From Deltaproteobacteria bacterium (GTDB taxonomy: Bacteria > Myxococcota_A > Polyangia > Fen-1088): a stretch of 64,000 nucleotides of DNA. Shown in pieces: positions 47,292 to 56,980 of the stretch. The stretch is from contig JANRKS010000023.1 of assembly GCA_033763315.1 (NCBI GenBank), forward strand, positions 96,001 to 160,000, given 5' to 3'. Every line of letters starts with the position of its first letter. Position 1 is the stretch's first letter. The position numbers and the translations under genes are program-made. Below the pieces are notes generated by a model. That model was not told where the DNA came from. It worked only from the letters and a program-made list of their open reading frames with translations, and did not search any database.

Positions 47292-49344
47292 CGTAGCGGC
47301 CCTCTTTCCGATAGCGCATGAACGCGGCTGCGCCTTCGGCCATGCGACGTTCCCATGCATCGGCCGCGTCGAGCGCCGGCACCCTGCCCCGCTCCCTCTT
47401 AAACTGCACGGCGCGCACAGCGAGCTCTTTTGCCTCGTCGGGGCTCAGGTTCGCGCGCTTGCCCGAGATCGCAAGCGCGACCTGTTTCAAGCTCTCTTCA
47501 TTCATTGCCTTGCTCATAATGGCGTAGGCAGGCCCGAAGGGGTTGATGCGGTCGATGAGGTCGATATCAAGTTCGCGCACGTTCATTGCGAATCGGCGAA
47601 CGCCGTCGATAATCGCTGTATTGGGCGACGGTTCGTTACTATGTCCGGCCGTCACAGGGCCTTTTGCCTGCTGGGTCAACGTAAGGGCAGCAATTGCGTG
47701 CTGGCGCACCGACTCTTGATCTTCTGCATCGAGTTCCGGGTACTTGTCTTTGATAATTTTGCCCATGCGAACTTGCGTGAGCTCTTCGGGCACCAGCTCT
47801 TCATCGAATAGGCCGCGCTCCACGTTGGTCTTGTCTTGGATGAAGGTGGCGATCACCTCGTTCAGATCTTCCTGGCAAATGCGGACCGCCTCTTTGCTTT
47901 TGGGCTCAGCAAGGCCCTTGATCTCGATTTGCACTTGGCCCGTCTGGCGGTTGACGCCGACGTTCGTCCTTTCGGGGTCATAGCCACCGTCTCCGTAATC
48001 GAAGCCGGGCGTGGCCCCATTGTCGACGTTCTTGGGCCTGAACTCAAAGCGTGGGGCTAAAACCTGCTCCATCAATAAGCTCGCGGCGATGGCCTTGAGT
48101 GTGTCGTTCACCGCCTCGGTCACAGCTTCTTCGGAAGCATCTGGCTCGGCGATCAGGTTGGTGAACTTTGCGCGCGTTTTACCGGGGGCATCTCGGGTGG
48201 CGCGCCCGATGATCTGCACGATCTCGGTCAAACTGGCGCGATAGCCCACCGTAAGTGCGTGTTCGCACCAGATCCAGTCGAAGCCTTCCTTCGCCATGCC
48301 AAGGGCGATGATGATGTCGACATGGTCGCGGTTGTTCTTCTGCGCAGGATCTTTCAGCGACGAGGACACGCGGTCACGTTTGGCGCCGTCGTCATCCACA
48401 AGGTCGGCAATGCGCAACACTTTGCCGTCGGGCCGCTTCACAAGTTGAAAGCCAGTGGCTGAATCAACGCCCTGCCATTCGCCGAGCGCTTCCATGATGT
48501 GCTCCACCTCCTGCATTTTCTGCTTCGTGCTTTCGCGCGAATTGACGCTGGGGATGTGGACAATGGTCTTCTGGCTGGGGTCAAGCACATGGAGGAGATC
48601 ATCGACGTACGGCCCGCTGTAGAAGAAGTAGCCGATGTCGAGCTGCTTTAGGTGCTCGTAGCCGTTGAGCTGTTCGTAATAGGTATAGGTGACGGTATCA
48701 AACTTGGCCTCGTCCTCTGGGGCGAGCACGGCTTCGGCATCGCCGCGGAAGTAGGAGCCGGTCATGGCAACGATGTGCGTGCGTCCACGAGCAATGAAAT
48801 CGCCGAGGTGTGTGCCTAGCTTGTTGTCGGGGTTGGCGGAAACGTGATGAAACTCATCGACGGCGATGAGCCGATCATCGAATGCCTCAACGCCGTAGGC
48901 ATCCACAGCAAAGCGGAACGTTGCGTGGGTGCAAACAAGCACCTTGCTGGCGCTTTCGAGGAACGCAGCGACCGACTTGACCTTGCCGCCGTTGTCGTTG
49001 CCGGGGGCGTTGCAAAGGTTCCACTTGGGTTCCACGTGCCAGTCGGCCCAGAAGCCGTACTTCGATAGGGGCTCGTCGTTGAAGCTGGACCCGATCGACT
49101 TTTCGGGCACGACGATAATCGCTTGCTTGACGCCTTGATTGTGAAGCTTATCGAGCGCGACAAACATGAGGGCGCGGCTTTTGCCCGAAGCAGGCGGCGA
49201 TTTGATAAGCAGATACTGTTCGCCGCGCCTTTCGTACGCCCGCTCTTGCATGAGCCTCATGCCTAACGCATTCGCCTTCGTGGATGCGCCGGTGCGGCCG
49301 TAGGTGACGGAAACGGTTGGAACCGATTTGATTTTGTCGCTCAT
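47284..49344 (-). CDS. YeeB-like SF2 (DEAD/DEAH) helicase
   Basis: PPASGKS, DEFHH, MTGSYFRGD, QIIGRATRD. Confidence 0.9.
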   Translation of the reverse strand: MSDKIKSVPTVSVTYGRTGASTKANALGMRLMQERAYERRGEQYLLIKSPPASGKSRALMFVALDKLHNQGVKQAIIVVPEKSIGSSFNDEPLSKYGFWADWHVEPKWNLCNAPGNDNGGKVKSVAAFLESASKVLVCTHATFRFAVDAYGVEAFDDRLIAVDEFHHVSANPDNKLGTHLGDFIARGRTHIVAMTGSYFRGDAEAVLAPEDEAKFDTVTYTYYEQLNGYEHLKQLDIGYFFYSGPYVDDLLHVLDPSQKTIVHIPSVNSRESTKQKMQEVEHIMEALGEWQGVDSATGFQLVKRPDGKVLRIADLVDDDGAKRDRVSSSLKDPAQKNNRDHVDIIIALGMAKEGFDWIWCEHALTVGYRASLTEIVQIIGRATRDAPGKTRAKFTNLIAEPDASEEAVTEAVNDTLKAIAASLLMEQVLAPRFEFRPKNVDNGATPGFDYGDGGYDPERTNVGVNRQTGQVQIEIKGLAEPKSKEAVRICQEDLNEVIATFIQDKTNVERGLFDEELVPEELTQVRMGKIIKDKYPELDAEDQESVRQHAIAALTLTQQAKGPVTAGHSNEPSPNTAIIDGVRRFAMNVRELDIDLIDRINPFGPAYAIMSKAMNEESLKQVALAISGKRANLSPDEAKELAVRAVQFKRERGRVPALDAADAWERRMAEGAAAFMRYRKEGRYDE

Positions 49345-52136
49345 GCGGTGGCTTTCGCTTTGCGGCTCTTGGCGTTGGTCTTGGGCGCGGCAGCGGTCAT
49401 CTTCGTATACAGGTCAAACAGCTTTTCAAGGCGCTCGGTGTCGTTCTTGAAGCGGCGACCGATGTAGATGCGCTCGATCACTTCGTCGTTGCGATCGTGC
49501 GCAGCTCGAAGGTCGGCAGGCATGGTGTCGGGATCGTAGAGATCGGCGATGGTCGCCGGGAAATGCTGCTCGCGGGCCAGTAGTATGTCTTCAGCGCAGC
49601 GGGTGAGGTCGGACTTGTTTTTGTCGGTCAGGGGTGGGACGGGGAACGTGTTCCAGCCGAGCGTGTTGGAGTAGCGGACATCGGTCTTCAATTTTCCGCA
49701 GACTGCCTCAGCCCAGGCCGCATGCAGACGTGACGAAATGAGGGCGAGGACGTAGATCTCTTTTGCAGCACATTGAAAATGGGGAGCAAGAACGAGGCAG
49801 TCATCCTCCAAAAGGCCGCACGTAAGGTAGTCGCGCTTCTCTGACATCAGCTGAGGAACAAACAATTTTCTCCCAGTGAAGTGGCGGTCCTCAGGAAAAT
49901 CCCATGGACGATCAGAGAACTGCTGCGTTGCTTTTTTTTTGCTTGCCGCACGAAATGCGGCAACCTTTTCGAGGCGCGGCCGGGCGAACGAGGCGATGTC
50001 GGCGTTCGCCAAGTCGCTCTTTTTTAGCTTTAGAATCCATCGCTCGTTTCCGTGTATGAAGTTCGCGCCTCCGATCGCATTCTTGATCAGCCGTGTGATG
50101 TTCGGGCATTCCGAAATAGCATTTTCATACCGAGCTTGATCGAAGAAAAGCGCCCCGTCGTCCGTCGGGGCGCTTCCCCTATCCAGCACTTCAAGACCCG
50201 CAATCTGAACGTTACTTGCAGTGACGAAAACATTCCTTGACGGAGCAAGGTATGGGTTGATGTTGGCAACTTCGGTTGCCAGTGCCTCGCCATTATCCAG
50301 AGTAGAAAAAAGTCTCCTTAAACGATTGTTATGCCGCGAGATTGCAACAACCACAACTGTCACACCAGCGTTGTGGCTGGCCAGATTGGCCCATTTGAAT
50401 CCCGTGTGGGCGAAAATGATTTCGTGGCCGGTCGCAAGAACGATGGGCCACAGCACCGGGACTTGCTGCCCCTGGCAAATTGAGTTCGTCGCGACGAACG
50501 CGGCCGCGCAAGAAAAGGTCCTGCTGGTTGCCTGGCCGAACTCGCATGCCTTGATAAACCACCCACTGACGTAGTCCAGTACTCCATGTTTGTCCGTGTG
50601 AGCACCAGCAACATATTGCAAGTCCTCTTTCTGAGCTTTCGTCTGAGCCCGACTACCGAGATATGGCGGATTACCGCAGATATACGTCTCTCCATTTCCG
50701 TTGTCGGAGTCGATCGACATACCCTCAAGAGTTGTGCCAGACAAATCATCGGCCTTCGCCTTTGGGCTTGTATTTGTAGGCGGACACACGCTCAACCAAT
50801 CCAGCCGAAGCGCATTGCCGCACGTGATCCAGTTTTCATCGCTCAGCGGCAGGAACTCAGCCAACGCCAGCTTGTGCCCCCGATACGTCACATCGCACTG
50901 AAAATCAGCGATCACTAACGCCAGGCGCGCAATCTCCGCTGGAAAGTCGCGCAGTTCGATCCCGCGAAAGTTCGTCAGCGGAATCTCTGAACTGCGATCA
51001 GCCTCGCCCCGCCGCTTGTTGATCTCGGCCTCGATCTCTCGCATTGCCTTATAAGCAATGACAAGAAAGTTCCCCGAACCACACGCCGGATCGAAAACCC
51101 GGATCTTCGAGATGCGCCTCCGCAAATTAAGCAAGCTCCGAGCGTTGGTCCCCGCCTCTTCAAGCTTACCCTTCAGGTCATCAAGAAACAGCGGGTTCAA
51201 CACCTTCAAGATGTTGGGCACACTGGTGTAATGCATCCCAAGCTCACCACGCTCTTCATCTTCTGCAACCGCTTGGATCATCGACCCAAAGATATCCGGG
51301 TTGATCTTGGTCCAGTCGAGCCCGCCCACGTGCAGAAGGTAAGACCGCGCCATCTTGCTGAACTTCGGCACGTCCATATTGCCCGAGAACAAGCCCCCGT
51401 TCACGTATGGAAAGTTTTCGGCCCACCGTGGAATCCCCGCCGCCGCATGGTCCTCCCGCTTGGTATTCATGGCCAAAAACAAAGTGCCGATCACCTCGTG
51501 TGTGTTCGACGAGTCTTTCGCACTCATCTGCGAAACGGTTTCCGTGAACCTGCCCTTACCAACGAAGATGTTCGTGTCCTCAGCGAAAAAGCAGAAGATC
51601 AAGCGCGCCATGAAGTGGTTCATGTCGTGGCGGCGCTCGGCCTTGCCCCAGTCAGGGTTGACCTTCAGAAGCTCCACATAAAGGCGATTGAGCCGGCTGG
51701 TTGCCCGGATGTCGAACGCGTTTTCGCTGATTTGCCGCACGGTCGAAATGCCCGCCAGCGGCAGGAAGAAACCGAAGTGGTCCGGAAAGTCCTTGAAAGC
51801 ACACGCCACCGTTTCGCCGCTGGCCAAGTCTTCAGCCTCGAAATCCGTTCCATCGGTGGCCAAGATAAACTTCGCCTTTGCCTTCGTGGTGGCCGAACTC
51901 TCCCTAAGCGATTTCAAGGCCGCCGCCACCTGGCCCACGTCGCAGGTCAGGATGTGGATGTGGTTGGTCTGCAGCACGCCGCCCAAGTCGGACTTGTTCG
52001 ACACTCCCGCGCGAAGTCGCTTGAGCGTCGTTTCTTTGTTCCCGAACGCCGCAAGGAAGTCGTACGGAAAGCCAGCAGGGTCAAAAGGCTGTTCCGCGAG
52101 GTCTGTAATGGCCTGCTCGATTTCTACAGCGTTCAA
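49341..52136 (-). CDS. YeeA/MmeI-like N6-adenine DNA methyltransferase
   Basis: TTG start (NAVEIEQ); FPYVNGGLF, GMHYTS, DPACGSGNFL, GNPPY, RYSNTLGWNTFP. Confidence 0.92.
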   Translation of the reverse strand: MNAVEIEQAITDLAEQPFDPAGFPYDFLAAFGNKETTLKRLRAGVSNKSDLGGVLQTNHIHILTCDVGQVAAALKSLRESSATTKAKAKFILATDGTDFEAEDLASGETVACAFKDFPDHFGFFLPLAGISTVRQISENAFDIRATSRLNRLYVELLKVNPDWGKAERRHDMNHFMARLIFCFFAEDTNIFVGKGRFTETVSQMSAKDSSNTHEVIGTLFLAMNTKREDHAAAGIPRWAENFPYVNGGLFSGNMDVPKFSKMARSYLLHVGGLDWTKINPDIFGSMIQAVAEDEERGELGMHYTSVPNILKVLNPLFLDDLKGKLEEAGTNARSLLNLRRRISKIRVFDPACGSGNFLVIAYKAMREIEAEINKRRGEADRSSEIPLTNFRGIELRDFPAEIARLALVIADFQCDVTYRGHKLALAEFLPLSDENWITCGNALRLDWLSVCPPTNTSPKAKADDLSGTTLEGMSIDSDNGNGETYICGNPPYLGSRAQTKAQKEDLQYVAGAHTDKHGVLDYVSGWFIKACEFGQATSRTFSCAAAFVATNSICQGQQVPVLWPIVLATGHEIIFAHTGFKWANLASHNAGVTVVVVAISRHNNRLRRLFSTLDNGEALATEVANINPYLAPSRNVFVTASNVQIAGLEVLDRGSAPTDDGALFFDQARYENAISECPNITRLIKNAIGGANFIHGNERWILKLKKSDLANADIASFARPRLEKVAAFRAASKKKATQQFSDRPWDFPEDRHFTGRKLFVPQLMSEKRDYLTCGLLEDDCLVLAPHFQCAAKEIYVLALISSRLHAAWAEAVCGKLKTDVRYSNTLGWNTFPVPPLTDKNKSDLTRCAEDILLAREQHFPATIADLYDPDTMPADLRAAHDRNDEVIERIYIGRRFKNDTERLEKLFDLYTKMTAAAPKTNAKSRKAKATA

Positions 52137-52312
52137 GACTTCTCGCTTCCCAGTGCCAAAGATCCCAAGCTCGCAACATGCCACAAGAAGGGCAGATGAT
52201 CATGTTCGAGATCACTGGCTTCCCCGCGTCGTATCCGGCCAGCCATATTGCCCGTTCGGCCCCAACCAACCGTCTTTGTTTTTGTCCCTGCCGGGCCACT
52301 CCTCGAACCGGT

Positions 52313-52720
52313 TTACGTAATTGACCACCACGCCCTGATTTGATGAGGGCCGCGCATGTGTGTTTCGTCGCCACTGTTGACCAGCCAACCCATCGTGTCG
52401 CCTGACAAACGGCAATAGGCCTCCAGCCCTTTGAAGAACTCGCGGGCCACGGTTTCACCCATCTTGGCCTCAACTGGTATCCGGCGAATTCCAGGATCGA
52501 TAACTAAATCGACTTCCCGCCCGTTCGAATCACGAAAAAAGAACAGCGGAGCGGGTTGCCCTTGGTGCAAGAAACGTTTTCACATTCCGCAAACGACGAA
52601 GCTCTCGAAAATCGCCCCTTTGAGCGGATGCACAAAAATGTCTTCGGCCTGTGAAGAAAGCTGAAAGTTTTGCGCCCCGGTTAAAACGACGAGGCTGAGG
52701 ACTTTCTCATCTGGCTGCGC
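52313..52720 (-). pseudogene. Decayed AAA_14/DUF4143 ATPase
   Basis: VVLTGAQNFQL joined directly to HPLKGAIFESFVV, in-frame TGA, then FFRDSNGREVDL..VEAK. Confidence 0.8.
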
Positions 52721-52883
52721 TTAAGCAATTGAAGTTGCTATGGTTTTAGCCTACTTATGTCAAACTAACTTTCAAAGTTATTTTTGCATAAATTGGCTCT
52801 CGCCGATGTCTACAGCCCCTCGACGGCCGGCATGTCGCCTGCCTTGGACTGCCGGGTGTTGGTGCCAGCACGTGTTTGACCAG

Positions 52884-54053
52884 CTACTTCGGGACTGCCC
52901 GAATGCGCGCCACGACGCGCTCGACAGCAGCCACCGTCACGTGGATGTCGTCGAGTGTGGTGTTTCTTCCCAGAGAGAAACGAATGGCTTCGCGGGCGCG
53001 CGCCACTGGCACCCCGATGCCCAGGAGCACAGCGGATGGCTCCACAGAGCCGGATGTACACGCGGCGCCCGTGGACACGCAGATGCCTTCGAGATCAAGT
53101 CCAATCACGACAAGTTCGCCGCGTGCACCATCGAAGCGAACGTTTGTGGTGCCTGGCACGCGCGCCTGCGGATCTGCAGGTCCGTGTCGGTGGGCCAACG
53201 GAAGCTGCAATAGCTTACTTTCAAGGGTATCGCGAAGCGCCGCAATGCGAGCCCCGTCATCATCGATGGTCGCCAAGGTTTCAAGGCATGCGGCGCCGAA
53301 GCCCGCGATCGCTAAAGTGTTCTCTGTGCCCCCGCGCCGCTCGTGCTCTTGGTGCCCGCCGGCGACCAAGGGATGCGCCCACAGCCCGCGGCGAACGTAG
53401 ATCGCCCCCGCGCCCTTCGGCCCGTAGAGCTTGTGCGACGAAATAGTGGCGGCATCCACGCCCAAGCTCCGCACATCGATGCGCATCTTGCCCGCCGCCT
53501 GCACAGCGTCGGTGTGAAAATAAGCCCCCGCCTCGTGCGCCAGCTTGGCCAAGGCCGCGATAGGCGCGATGGTACCGATTTCATGATTGGCGAGCGCTAT
53601 TGAAACCACCAGCGTGGTCGGCCGCAACGCCGCCGCCAGGCTCTCGGGCGCCACAAGACCGTCGCTTGAGACCGGCAGCTCGGTAAGCTCAAACCCCTCC
53701 CGCACGAGCTCCGCCATCGCGCCGCGCACGGCCGGATGCTCGATGGCCGTTGAAATCACGTGTGGCTTGGCGCCTGCCAACGCAGCCTTCCGTTCGTCAC
53801 GCGCCCACAAGGCAAGGCCACGAATCGCCAGGTTGTCGCCCTCGGTGCCTCCCGAGACAAAAATCACTTCGTCGGGCTCGCAGCCCAAAAGGCGAGCCAC
53901 GTGCAGCCGCGCGTCTTCCACCAGCGAGCGCGCCTGCCTGCCCTGCGTGTGGATGCTTGAGGGGTTGCCCCAAACGTCAAGCGCCGCTTGCACCGCGCTG
54001 CGAGCAGCGGCACCAAGCGGCGTTGTGGCGTTGTGGTCCAGATAAACGCGCAC
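52884..54053 (-). CDS. iscS: Cysteine desulfurase (IscS/NifS)
   Basis: YLDHNATTP, GNPSS, HTDAVQ, SSHKLYGPKG, STGAACTSG. Confidence 0.95.
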   Translation of the reverse strand: MRVYLDHNATTPLGAAARSAVQAALDVWGNPSSIHTQGRQARSLVEDARLHVARLLGCEPDEVIFVSGGTEGDNLAIRGLALWARDERKAALAGAKPHVISTAIEHPAVRGAMAELVREGFELTELPVSSDGLVAPESLAAALRPTTLVVSIALANHEIGTIAPIAALAKLAHEAGAYFHTDAVQAAGKMRIDVRSLGVDAATISSHKLYGPKGAGAIYVRRGLWAHPLVAGGHQEHERRGGTENTLAIAGFGAACLETLATIDDDGARIAALRDTLESKLLQLPLAHRHGPADPQARVPGTTNVRFDGARGELVVIGLDLEGICVSTGAACTSGSVEPSAVLLGIGVPVARAREAIRFSLGRNTTLDDIHVTVAAVERVVARIRAVPK

Positions 54054-54060
54054 GGCGCGC

Positions 54061-54666
54061 TTACGTCTTTGGCGTCAGCATGATCTTCTGTTCGATCGTC
54101 ACAGAATCGCCGCTGAACTTGGGAAACTTCCAACGCTTGGCCGTGGCGTCGATGCATTCATCCAGGCCTCGATCCAACGAGGGGTTCACGGACGAACCCG
54201 TCACGCGGCCCGTGGCATCCACGGTGAGCCCCAAGAGCAATTGCACGCCAGCCTTCATTTGCAGGCCCGCGTTCTTCTTCAAAGCGCGCTCGTAGCATTG
54301 CTGCAAGCTGCGGGCGCCTTCCATCACGATCTTGCTGGCCGCGGCGGGGTTCAGATCGCCCTTGCCGATCTTGATCTCGCCGCCCTCGCCACCACGCATA
54401 TCAGCGATGAGTTCGATGATCTCCGGATCCCGCAAAACGAGCTTGCTGGGGTCGGCCATGGCCGTAGCCAACTGACGCTTAAGGCTTTTGACCTCGTTGG
54501 TCAGCTCGTTGTTTTCCTTCTTGCAAGCCAAGGCCTTGTCGCTGGCCTCGTTCAGCTTTGCCATCAATTCGGGACTGGCTGCATTATTACAAGCCGTCAA
54601 AGCCAAGATCCCAAAGCCCACCATGCCAAGCCCGAACGAACCAACCGCTTTACTTGCCTTCGCCAT
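54061..54666 (-). CDS. Lipoprotein with AgmX/PglI (TonB-C-like) C-terminal domain
   Basis: LTAC lipobox, coiled coil, CYERALK...C....KRWKFP. Confidence 0.75.
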   Translation of the reverse strand: MAKASKAVGSFGLGMVGFGILALTACNNAASPELMAKLNEASDKALACKKENNELTNEVKSLKRQLATAMADPSKLVLRDPEIIELIADMRGGEGGEIKIGKGDLNPAAASKIVMEGARSLQQCYERALKKNAGLQMKAGVQLLLGLTVDATGRVTGSSVNPSLDRGLDECIDATAKRWKFPKFSGDSVTIEQKIMLTPKT

Positions 54667-54774
54667 GTTCGATTTATCCTTATGCCACTTCGTAGCGGCC
54701 CGCAAATCCCGTGCGGGGCACTTTGTCTAGGCGCACCATACAACACCTTGTCATCGGGCGAAACCCACCCACCC

Positions 54775-55077
54775 TTAGGACTTACCCAAGCTTTGCTCAA
54801 TCGCCGTGCGAAGCTTCTCCAAGTCCATCTCGTGTAACGAACTGGTGCCGGGGCTGCCAGGCAGGGGCGCATGGCCCCACGGATCGGAGGCCGTGCACAA
54901 CATGACGTTGGGACCCTGGTGGCAATACCCCAGGCACACTTCGCGCACCACGGTGAGTTTGCCCTGCAACGCCGGCTCTTGGCTGAGCTCGCGCGCCGCC
55001 CGCGCCAAGGCCAGGCCATCCTTGCCGCACACGGGGCCCGTGCACACAAACACAACGAGGTCGGCAGATTCGGTCAT
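54775..55077 (-). CDS. Thioredoxin-like (2Fe-2S) ferredoxin
   Basis: VFVCTGPVC and CLGYCHQGPNV. Confidence 0.8.
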   Translation of the reverse strand: MTESADLVVFVCTGPVCGKDGLALARAARELSQEPALQGKLTVVREVCLGYCHQGPNVMLCTASDPWGHAPLPGSPGTSSLHEMDLEKLRTAIEQSLGKS

Positions 55078-55129
55078 GGCAAGCGGGCCGCGGCTTATAC
55101 ATCGGCACGCCAGCCGCTGATGTTGAGGA

Positions 55130-56980
55130 TCAGTCCGCCGAGGGCGCCACTTCGGGAGCGCCGCTGCTTTCGGCAAGCAATCGCTCGATGGCCACCTTCA
55201 ACGACGTGATGGTTTTGGGCTCCTCAGCCACATAAAGCAGCAAAGTCCGATCTTGAGCGTCGCCCAACTTCACCAACACGTTGGCGGCGGCAATCAAAGC
55301 GCCGGGCTGGCTCATGAATGTGGGATCGGCCCGGTACACGGCCAGGTAGTCACGGAAGGGGGCCAACAACTCGCGGGCTTTTAACGCGATCACGGCTTCA
55401 CCGATTTCGGCCACAGTGCCGGGATCGGTTTCAGGCAAACGCACGTGCTCCACCAGCGCAGGGGCGGCGTCGCGGGCGCCAAGCTTCGCGAGGGCCCGCG
55501 CCATCAGGTCAAGCCGTTGGGGGGCTCGACCTTCGGCATAATCAGGTTTGACCTTGATCGCTTCGATGTATACCGGCAACGAACGTGCGTCGCCTCGCTC
55601 CACCAGGCTGTCGGCGGCCTTTTCCATCAAGTAAGGCTCGCCACCGCCCTTTTGCAGGACTTCCAACAAGGCCGTCGCCACCCCTGGATCGTCCATGTGC
55701 GAGAGCTGGTCGATGGCGAACAGGCGCACGTCGTTGAAGCGCTTGTCGGGATGAAGCGCGATCGATTTGAGCACCTGGGGCAACGCATCGGCCGCACGCG
55801 CGCCGGGGCCTTCGCCCGTGAGGCCTTCGGCGTCAAACGACACGCCGTGGACTTGCAGAGCGGTGGGCAAACCGGCTGGGTGGGTAAGCAAAAGCACGCG
55901 GCCGGTGCGGGCGTCGAGCGCCCCCACCCCGCCTTCATCGTCGGCAAAAACGATGGACGAGCCGGCGTGAACGGCGCCGATGGCGTCGTGGCGGTCGTTG
56001 CTGTACGCCCAATCGAGGTTGCCGGTGTTGGCGTTCATCGCGAAGAAGAAGCGGAAGTTGTGCACGATCACCCGGTCGTCGCGGAAGGCAGGCGTTTCGG
56101 GGTGGCCTTGCAAGCGCCACAACAAACGGTTGCGGTCGATGGCCGAATACCGCGACTGCGCGGGCTTGTACATGTCGTAGTAATAAACAGGCCGCACGAA
56201 CTCAGGCAGCTTGGCTTGCAGATAGCCCCCGCCCTTGTGGCTGCTGATCGCGGTGCGCTTTGACGCCACGAACACGCCTTGCGAGCCGAAGGCAAACCCT
56301 TCGGGCAAGCCGCGCACGAACGCGGCCGCTTCGTCGCGCACCAAGATGTCCGCCAAGGCACCGCCATTGTTGGCGTTGAACAACGACACGAACTGGGACC
56401 GCTGCGATACGGCCACCACGCCCCCCCGCGCGGCGGGCGCCCCACAACGTTCATCGAGCGGCACGCTAAACTTGGTGCTGCCGGTTTCGCTCCAACCCAC
56501 CAACAGCCCCGCGCCTTTGACGTTGCGATAAACGGCGTAAACGCCCTGCCCATCCGTGGCGAGGCCCAGGAGCTGGGCGCCTGCAGGCGCGGCGTGCGTC
56601 CAGGCGGTGCGCCCCGTGCGAATGTCCAGGGCAACCACAGCGCCAGCTTTGTCGCCAAAGGCAGCGATGGTGTGGCCCACTTCCAAGCGAACGTCCACAG
56701 TGGCGTTCGTTTGCCACAACACGCGGTTCGCCCGCAGATCAACAGCCACGATGGCTGGGCCACTGGCGCTTTGGCCCACCAGCAAAGCGAGCGGCGCACC
56801 CGTGACGTTGAGGGGACCGGGCGAGTTTGTTTGCGAGCGCTCAAGCGCTGAGGCCACTTGGCCCACGTCACCGGCGCGGCCAAAACCATCTTGTACGCTG
56901 CCGCTCGAAGCACAGCCGGCGGCCAGCGCGCCCCACAGAATGGCCGCACGAAATACGCCGAAGCCAGCATAAGCCTTCAT
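55130..56980 (-). CDS. PQQ-like beta-propeller plus HEAT-repeat lipoprotein
   Basis: AAGC lipobox; ALD..TG...W repeats; helical C-terminus. Confidence 0.75.
   Translation of the reverse strand: MKAYAGFGVFRAAILWGALAAGCASSGSVQDGFGRAGDVGQVASALERSQTNSPGPLNVTGAPLALLVGQSASGPAIVAVDLRANRVLWQTNATVDVRLEVGHTIAAFGDKAGAVVALDIRTGRTAWTHAAPAGAQLLGLATDGQGVYAVYRNVKGAGLLVGWSETGSTKFSVPLDERCGAPAARGGVVAVSQRSQFVSLFNANNGGALADILVRDEAAAFVRGLPEGFAFGSQGVFVASKRTAISSHKGGGYLQAKLPEFVRPVYYYDMYKPAQSRYSAIDRNRLLWRLQGHPETPAFRDDRVIVHNFRFFFAMNANTGNLDWAYSNDRHDAIGAVHAGSSIVFADDEGGVGALDARTGRVLLLTHPAGLPTALQVHGVSFDAEGLTGEGPGARAADALPQVLKSIALHPDKRFNDVRLFAIDQLSHMDDPGVATALLEVLQKGGGEPYLMEKAADSLVERGDARSLPVYIEAIKVKPDYAEGRAPQRLDLMARALAKLGARDAAPALVEHVRLPETDPGTVAEIGEAVIALKARELLAPFRDYLAVYRADPTFMSQPGALIAAANVLVKLGDAQDRTLLLYVAEEPKTITSLKVAIERLLAESSGAPEVAPSAD

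Noticed and set aside
52212-52312. Short open frame (NRFEEWPGRD...GWPD) between the ATPase remnant and the methylase
   Set aside because: No credible start or recognisable motif
29136-52880. Integron cassette array
   Set aside because: No repeated attC-like sites or integron integrase found; genes lie on both strands
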